From NCBI GenBank assembly GCA_951406725.2, contig OX597820.1:124682001-124746000 (forward strand): a stretch of DNA of 64,000 nt, in the 5' to 3' direction. Position numbers and translations under genes: made by a program. This document shows positions 55,604 through 64,000 of the stretch, piece after piece. Origin of the DNA: Octopus vulgaris. Lineage: Eukaryota. Within the stretch, counting starts at the first letter, position 1, and each line of letters begins with the position of its first letter. The notes beneath the pieces are model-generated. The model was not told where the DNA came from. It saw only the letters and a list, made by a program, of their open reading frames with translations, and did no database searches.

Positions 55604-55990
55604 GGTGGCGCAATGGCCCAGTGGTTAGGACAGCGGACTCGCGGTCTTAGGATCGCGATTTCGATTCCCAGACCGGGCGTTGTGAGTGTTTATTGAGCGA
55701 AAACACCTAAAAGCTCCACGAGGCTCCGGCAGGGGATGGTGGTGATCTCTGCTGTTCTCTTTCACCACAACTTTCTCTCACTCTTACTTCCTGTTTCTGT
55801 TGTACCTGTATTTCAAGGGGCCGGCCTTGTCACTCTCTGTGTCACGCTGAATATCCCCGAGAACTACGTTAAGGGTGCACGTGTCTGTGGAGTGCTCAGC
55901 CACTTACACGTTAATTTCACAAGCAGGCTGTTCCGTTGATTCTGATCAACCGGAACCCTCATAATCGTAACCGACGGAGTGCTTCCATCA
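55604..55990 (+). mobile_element. tRNA-derived SINE, head type A, with tail shared with the 1175 SINE
   Basis: Head as at 480; 3' part as at 1175-1310 on minus. Confidence 0.88.
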
Positions 55991-56683
55991 ACATACACGC
56001 ACATACACACACATATGCCGACATACACGAACAAATATATATCTCCATGCGATAAATCCCAGAGTTCCCTCAAATCGCACATTAGTATATTTCAAAGACA
56101 CGCCATGTTTACTTAAAGGAATTCCAAGTCAGCAAAACAATAAACTATAGTTTATAACTTTAGATGATAAATGTCGCTCAAATCATATTCGGCCATATTA
56201 ATACGGAATGATATTTTTTACTGAAGTAATCTCTGTTAAGAAAAAAAAATAGAGTTCTGGCTGGAATGCCTTTTAACTTAGAAATGCTTGAATACTTCTT
56301 CTGATAAGTAGAAAGCGCCTATAACTAGATTTATGATATTTATGTGAAAGGAGCATCACAGCGATTGTTTTTACCGTATACTGTATCTTACCCTTAGTGA
56401 GTTAAAAAATATAAATATCCTTTATCCATATTTTTTACACGTTTCAGTTATTTGATTGCGTCAATTCTACGTCAACGCCATATTTTGAGCAAAACAAATC
56501 GACACAGCTAATAAGTGTAAGGAACTTTCTGTCACATTTCACAACGCTATAAATTATAGCGATGTAAACAAAATGCGAATTGACGAAAATTTTGCATTGA
56601 AATAGGATTATAATATTGATACACATGTACACAGACAGACACACACATATATATATATTTGCACGTGTTTGTTTTGTATGTAT

Positions 56684-56758
<75 letters not shown>

Positions 56759-56760
<2 letters not shown>

Positions 56761-57049
56761 AGGCACAATGGGCCAGTGTAAAAGTCGTAGGATCGTGGTT
56801 TCGATTCCCAGACCGGGCGTTGTGAGTGTTTATTGAGCGAAAACACCTAAAAGCTCCAAGATGCTCCGGCAGTGGGTGGTGATCCCTGCTGTACTCTTTC
56901 ACCACTCTTTCTCCCACTCTTTCTTCTGTTGGCCTGCTCAATTAGCCAGCGGGGTGGCGTCATTCGAAGGCTAAAACAATGCGAACGCATTGTGACCAGC
57001 GATGTGTAACAACGTCCGATGGGCTGGTCGGTCACGTGATTACGTGATA
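56759..57049 (+). mobile_element. tRNA-derived SINE, head type A, with a third tail type
   Basis: Head as at 480 with a small deletion, then ...GCGAACGCATTGTGACCAGCGATGTG...GGTCGGTCACGTGATTACGTGAT. Confidence 0.85.
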
Positions 57050-57129
57050 TTTTTCATATTCGTATTGTTCATATATATATATATATCGGTTTACACACTC
57101 ACACATATATACGAATATACATACGTGTC

Positions 57130-57241
<112 letters not shown>

Positions 57242-57850
57242 TGGATTTAGTATTTCATTACGTAACGTTTCCATTTTTCTTGTCATTCATACATTTATGA
57301 ACCTCTATTATTCCCCATTTAGCACATATAAATTATCCTTGTTTTCAACAAGTGTTGTTTGGTATCTGTTACTTGTATTATTTAAAACTTTTCTGGATTA
57401 TTAAAATTTTGCAAATACTTGCATGATCTAATTTTCTCAGACATTTAAATTTATATTTTATATTCTAATCAACTGCAAAAGGTGAACTTTATCTCATTTT
57501 ATAGACTAATTTCTATTGCCGCAATCTCGTTGTTCTTTATTATACTTGACAGGCGAATTTTTAAATCACACCAGCTAATCATTAATTTCACGCAGCAATC
57601 AGCCATCAGTGTTCTGCATATGTTCAGACTTCTTAATCAGGCAACATATTCTACTACCAATGATGGGGAGCTATTTGGATGCAAAATATTCAAATGCGAG
57701 GATTGTTTTTTCGTATAAAAGATATAATTCCGTTTGGAATGCCATATCACAAAGTGTAAATTTTCTGTACTCATTTAAGTTAATCAATCTTCTTCGGTTT
57801 CTTCAAGTGTAGCACACGGGCTCATACACAGACACACACACACACATACA

Positions 57851-57900
<50 letters not shown>

Positions 57901-60144
57901 TAAAGAAATATGCACACACATACAGAAAGCAAAATATTGTGCAAAATATTGGATCTTTTAATTTCAACCTATCCATTTTTGATTTACATTCAGTGATGGC
58001 TTTAAGAAACACAAGCTGAGACCACATACAACTTCAGACTTCACATGCTTTCAACTTACACTTCTTGCCAGTCGAAATAGCAACTTTTAAGTCCTCTTAC
58101 CGCTAGAACTATGCATTTCGTATTATTCTACTTTTATTTCTTATATAACATTTAACATATGTTCGTTGTTCCTTATTTGCTATTTAATATAATTTTTAGA
58201 ACTCTTCGTTCGTAGTATCCTTGAGACAAATAAAATCATAATACTACTGATTTCAAACGAATTCCGAGAGATCAAATGCATGTGATTTCCGTTGGGGTTT
58301 CATATTTAAAAGGAGAAGCGAATATCTAAATTTTTCAAAGCAAATAAAAGGGTACAATATTATGTTCGTACTTTGATACATTAATATTCTGTAAATACTA
58401 AAACATCTTTTATGTACCTTCTGTTTTCCAATAACTAGAATGTACGAAGGCCCGAATTCTTTTAAATATCAAAAACAAAATATTCCGGAAAACACACACA
58501 CACATAAAGAGACCAAAAAGAAAGTGTAACAGAGATTGAAACAAAATGAATGTTATGAGCCACAAGCCTTCAGAGATTGTTGATTAGCAAAGGAAACAAT
58601 TTGCTATGAGCATACTCTTCGCGTCAAAATTCGTACATAGAAAGATTTTGACATCAGAATGATACTGAGACCTAGTACCCTATCTTTGACTTAGTGATTA
58701 TATCCATGGTAGTGTCGTATTATACAGTTAATGTAATCCAACTTACATTCTTAAATCTCAAGCAAATAAGTGATTTCTAACGGAAGTTGTATTTTATTGA
58801 AACATAATATATAAAATTACGAAATTCGTGTACTTGTCACAACATTTTGTATAGAAACATGAAGTATTCCGATGAGATAGAATGGCATATCTTCTAGAGT
58901 TCTTAGTTTACAACATATCAGTCAACAAATATTCCATTCAAATACACAGTTAAATAATGGCACTTATGATGACTTTTTCTGAATCAATCGAACATGGAGT
59001 CTATTTTTTCTTTATGGTTTTACTACGCCCCAAGTTATTATAAGACTGTCATCATATAGTAAAATATATATAGTTCTTTATAGTTCAAATCTACCTGTAA
59101 AAATATTGTTTACCAGTAGTTCAAATCAACATGTTTTGCATATGTTGACGATAAATTCAGTTACAAATGATATTGATGATGATGAGGATGATGATGATGA
59201 TGATAATAATATACTCCCCTCACTAGAATTCGTACCACTCCATTTTTTTTTAATATTTGTAAGGAGGAAACAGTTTTAATTCGGTTACTCCAAACTTGCT
59301 AACAATACTGTTACTTCTAATTATTGTAAATTTAAAAAAAAAAAAACCGCAGTGGTGATATGTCTAATAAATATTTATCAATTGATATGGTTTTAATATT
59401 AACAGAAATTATTGTAACAGTTTAGAAACCATCATATTAGACATTTGGGAAAGATGCTGGTGAAATTCCTTTTATTGTATGACTACGCATACATAGAACC
59501 AATACGAATTAAAAGATTAGAATGTGTTGCATTGTTTGCAGTGAGAATAAAAGACAATGCGATATAATAAAACTTACAATATCTAGACTAGATAAAGATT
59601 CATCTACTAAAACAACATTGTACCAAATGTCACATAACAATAGTCAAATTAACATAAATATGGGTGTATAAGTAACAAGAATGTATTTTTACCTTATATT
59701 CTGTCAGTCTTAAATCAATGAAATACCACTGGCCAGAATAGAATTTGCCACGATATAAATTACGCAAAACCAGAAATGCCAGTCTAAAGTAGCTAAAATT
59801 AAACGTGGTAGGTTTATTTTGATCTCAACAAAATTCAAGCGAGTATAAAATGAGGGAATATCATTTCTCCCACTATAAGCTGAAAAATGTCACTTCGAAA
59901 TTGTAACATTAAATATAGTGCACAATGAATTAGTCAATTTCAATATTCACTTATTTCAGTATAAGAAAGCCAGATAACCATCAAGGTTTACAATCGTTCT
60001 TATGAATAAATCAAAAGAATCATCTTTCGGCAAATACTTGAAAGTCAGGATGGCAACCTGTGACCCAAATGCACACACAAACACACACACACACACACAC
60101 ACACACATGCACATACAAATTCATTCACCTGAATATTCATATAT

Positions 60145-60180
<36 letters not shown>

Positions 60181-60184
<4 letters not shown>

Positions 60185-60203
60185 ATATATGAATCTTCAA
60201 ATG

Positions 60204-60235
<32 letters not shown>

Positions 60236-60253
60236 GTATATATGAATCTTCAA

Positions 60254-60287
<34 letters not shown>

Positions 60288-60322
60288 TAGTATATATGAA
60301 TCTTCAAGTGTATATATATATA
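60181..60322. repeat. three-copy minisatellite TAGTATATATGAATCTTCAA(A/G)TG-(TA)n
   Basis: Units start at 60181, 60234 and 60288. Confidence 0.9.
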
Positions 60323-60432
60323 TAAATATTTATCTTATATTTATGCGTGTATACCTATATATGTTTGTATATGTTTGCTTATATGTGTATGTATGAGCAT
60401 AAATGTATAAAAAGCAAGTACAGATATATATG

Positions 60433-60520
60433 AATGCACCCAGGTTACAAGCACTGGCATATGATTGACATTACGATCACCAGAAAGCCTGGTCTACAGG
60501 TCATAAGACGGGTGATAAGT
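60433..60520 (+). mobile_element. RTE-clade LINE endonuclease relic
   Basis: MHPGYKHWHMIDITITRK resembles the RTE motif MHP.SK.WH.IDY.I.R. Confidence 0.55.
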
Positions 60521-60894
60521 CATGTCAGGCATAGGACGCGCTGTACGTCCACGCGAAAGCCATAGCATACAGGAAGCTTATTGTGGGAAAGCTACAGTCC
60601 ACAGAAACTCAAAATACCTTTATATCAGCCATCGACGATCTGTAAGCCAAATAAATGCTTGCGAGGATTTCAAGGTAAAAGAACAGCACACTAAGAAAGT
60701 ATTAAAGTAATATTCAAAGAAATCGAGCGTGATACAGAATCTGATGAACCTGGCCTTCTTAATCGCAGACATTTTAATGTGACTACATATCTTTTGGCCT
60801 GCATCTTTCTGAGAGTCCTTTGCGCCTGAAATATACAGGTTTTTGTAAAACTTTCTCCATTGTTAGGAGCGTTCTTCAATTTCCTTTTACCTTT

Positions 60895-60946
<52 letters not shown>

Positions 60947-61061
60947 GCACACACACATATATACATATTTACTCCCTTTTTCACGTTTAATCGTCCTAAG
61001 CGCTATTCGGTGTATTTTCTATAGAGAATATCTATTCTCATCTATGAAGTGTATGTATGTA

Positions 61062-61115
<54 letters not shown>

Positions 61116-61218
61116 TATATATATGCGTGTGTGTGTGTGTGTGTGTGTTTACATATATATATATATATATATATAATGTTTAATTATAAATTAAATTCGA
61201 GATAAAACCACGTATATA

Positions 61219-61587
<369 letters not shown>

Positions 61588-61588
61588 C

Positions 61589-61668
61589 ATTTCTTTACTA
61601 CCCACAAGGGGCTAAACATAGAGGGGACAAAGAAGGAGAGACAAGAGACAAAGGGATTAAGTCGATTA
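61589..61668 (-). mobile_element. 3' tail of SINE family D, inverted relative to 61260
   Basis: Reverse complement of the family D tail. Confidence 0.85.
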
Positions 61669-62458
61669 TATATATCCGTTTATATATGATATGTATCTCT
61701 GGTGTTGAGAGATGTAATTTTAAGGAAAGTCCGTGACTAGTATATAAACACTTTCCCTTGCTCAATCAAACATATCAGTAGCTTCTCTACTGGTCGAGAT
61801 AGTATTAAGCCGTCAGCTAGAAAATAAATTTCCAAACCCTCTTTAGTTTGTTTGATCTTGGTTCACTTCGCCATGCTGTAAACTGTCCGACATTAATTAC
61901 ATTTTAGATGCAAGTTGTCTCTGAACTAATTGTTTTCATAAACAATGATGGTGACATTTGCCTAAAATGTGGAAACAAACACAAAGAATTGAAAAACAAT
62001 CTAAAGTTAGGAAGCAATTCAATGGAGAAAATAAACGTAATGAAAATATCTGAAAACAGGTTAAAGAGGCATACCTTTAAATTACGCTCCAGCAATTAAT
62101 GTGAGTTTCAATGTGATGAGAAGGATTGTGATAAAGGTTGATTTCAGTGACTTTATAGCCATGCTGACGCGTTGTTATGGAGTTATGCTCATCCTTTAAT
62201 AACTTTGGTATGAACATTTCGTCAGAACAATAACATAATGACATAAATGAAAGGTGCTTTTCAATGTTTCCTGAAGTATCGTGTGCGGATGTATGTATCT
62301 GTGAGATCGCATGTATGTGTATGCCTGAACGTGCGAGCACAGGGTATATAGGATATACAGGGACAAAAATGTTTTGGAATAAATTTTTTAATGTTGCGGC
62401 GTTGATAATTTTAAATATATAAGCATATATTTCAAAATAATAATAATAATAATAATAA

Positions 62459-62755
62459 TGGTAAAGGTACTGAAACCTATTTGAAAATGATTCCAGGCTT
62501 ACCATCCCTACAAGAAGTGCAAAAAATCGTATTAACTGGAACGGCTCATGTACTAAGAAGAGCACTATCGCTGTGAAAATAACATACATCCGTGAATTTA
62601 TTTATTTATTTATTTATTAATTTTTAAATACATATTTATCTGTGAATTTGCGCGTGTAATCTGGGAATGCATAAAATGCCCTTCTCTGCCCTAGGTGTAT
62701 GGAAAACACTCGGCGAGAAACGGACGAAAATTTGAAGAAAGAAGGAAAAACCATC
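62459..62755 (+). mobile_element. short 5'-truncated R4/Dong-type LINE 3' end within (TAA)n
   Basis: KGTETYLKMIPGLPSLQEVQKIVLTGTAHVLRRALSL* plus 3' UTR, with (TAA)n on both sides. Confidence 0.75.
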
Positions 62756-62829
62756 ATAATAATAATAATATTAATAATAATAAAGCATCTAGCATGTTAT
62801 TTTTAATTTACATTCAAATGCTTAGAAAT

Positions 62830-63720
62830 GTTATCTCATTGGAAATGGGATGTAGAATAGGAATGATTATCGCAGGAAGGAAAAGAGTGATAGATTGAGT
62901 AGAAATAAGCAAATATAGGTGTCTCGCAGAGACAGGGTGGAAAGAGGATTAATAAGGGTAAAAGAGAATTAAGAGGAAGCAAATGGATGAAAAGGAAAAT
63001 GGTGGGGGCTGAGTGAGTGAATTTTGCGTGTCTTTTGTGCAACAAGGAAGTCGTACATTTTGCTACTGAGGTGGAGTGGCTGAAGGAGTATTGCCTGAAG
63101 TTGTGTGGTCAAGCAAAGAGCGATAAGTGAGCGATAGTGGGTGATTTCTCGGGTGACGTGGTCGTCGTGCTGGGCGCATAGGGTGCGGGTGGTTGCTCTC
63201 ATAAGTTGTTTGGAAGTACTGTTGAGAATTTTGGTGACGTTCAGAGGATATTAAGTAGAGCTGTGCTGTCTGAAGTTAGGATGAAATGTCAGTTGGAGAT
63301 CCCGTTGTATGACGTTAAGGTGCAGACAGAGTGCAATAAAGTTAAAGTGGCTGCAATAGCAAGTTGCTTGAAAAGGAAATTAGAATATCGAAAAGCAATA
63401 TGGTAGCAGTCAAAGGAAAAAAAAAAGAAGAAAAGACTTAAAATGTGGTGCAACTGCGTGTAGGTTTAGTGAGAAAGGCAATTCCTAGAATTTAGTGTTT
63501 GAATACAATCAGTGTTTGGAAACAATCGGGCAAACGTCAAGGAACCTCTGCGTGGACAAGACTTTAAGAAATAGAGAAAAAATGAAAGGGTTACATTGAA
63601 CATGCCGTGAGGAGAGGAATATCCAACGTTCCCGATGTAATCCTTCGTCGGGGGGTATCGTTATTTTAAAATGCGTTCTTGAAAATATTAAAGATATCGA
63701 AAACAAATATATGCGAACTG
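62830..63720 (-). mobile_element. probable Penelope-like element 5' region (pseudo-LTR with HHR relic and decayed ORF start)
   Basis: HHR relic at 63621-63656, followed downstream by decayed coding-like sequence (LMRATTRTL...HLSSKMYDFLVAQKTRKIHSL). No RT or GIY-YIG motif seen, so the assignment is by resemblance only. Confidence 0.45.
63621..63656 (-). ncRNA. decayed minimal hammerhead motif
   Basis: CC-CCGACGA-A-GGAU(UAC)AUCG-GGAA-C-GUU-GG, three substitutions from CUGACGA-A-GGAU..AUCC-GAAA-C-GUU. Confidence 0.5.
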
Positions 63721-64000
63721 AAAAGTCTATTTTCCAGAAAAAATTAATATTTGTAGTATTGTCTATCTAAAGTTTATGAGATGCACTAGTATAATAAATT
63801 ATATGCTCATGTATTTTAAGCTTTGTATGTAATAAGAAGTTTCAAATTTGGAACACACATACGCACACATAATGAAGATGTTGTTATGAAGGCATTTTCA
63901 TAAATCTGGAATTCATGAATTGCTTATTTGCAATATAGAATTAAATCCACTCAGTTATAATTTTCTGTTAAACATTGTTCTTGTTTTATATCTTTTACCC

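Overview
AT-rich eukaryotic intergenic or intronic DNA with no host protein-coding gene that I can support. Nearly all ORFs in the track are translations of (TA)n, (CA)n, (TAA)n, (GATA)n or (TTC)n microsatellites. From recalled repeat families, the SINEs and microsatellite load look like an octopus genome (inference, not verified). Recognisable mobile DNA includes a truncated, internally deleted CR1/L2-group LINE (21318-23430), a stack of three R4/Dong-type restriction-like-endonuclease (RLE) LINE pieces (28270-32520) plus two isolated 3' ends, RTE LINE relics, mariner/maT relics and a MITE, a non-autonomous Helitron, a probable Penelope-like fragment and at least four tRNA-derived SINE families. 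The most unusual signal is about ten minimal type-I hammerhead ribozyme (HHR) motifs in unrelated short elements, mostly with short, often palindromic helix III. One (44141-44185, minus) has an intact core and a 6-bp helix I. One sits in the tail of an apparent tRNA-headed SINE, one lies inside a Helitron, and two form an inverted pair. The SINEs also show head/tail shuffling, and one tail matches the 3' end of the local LINE.
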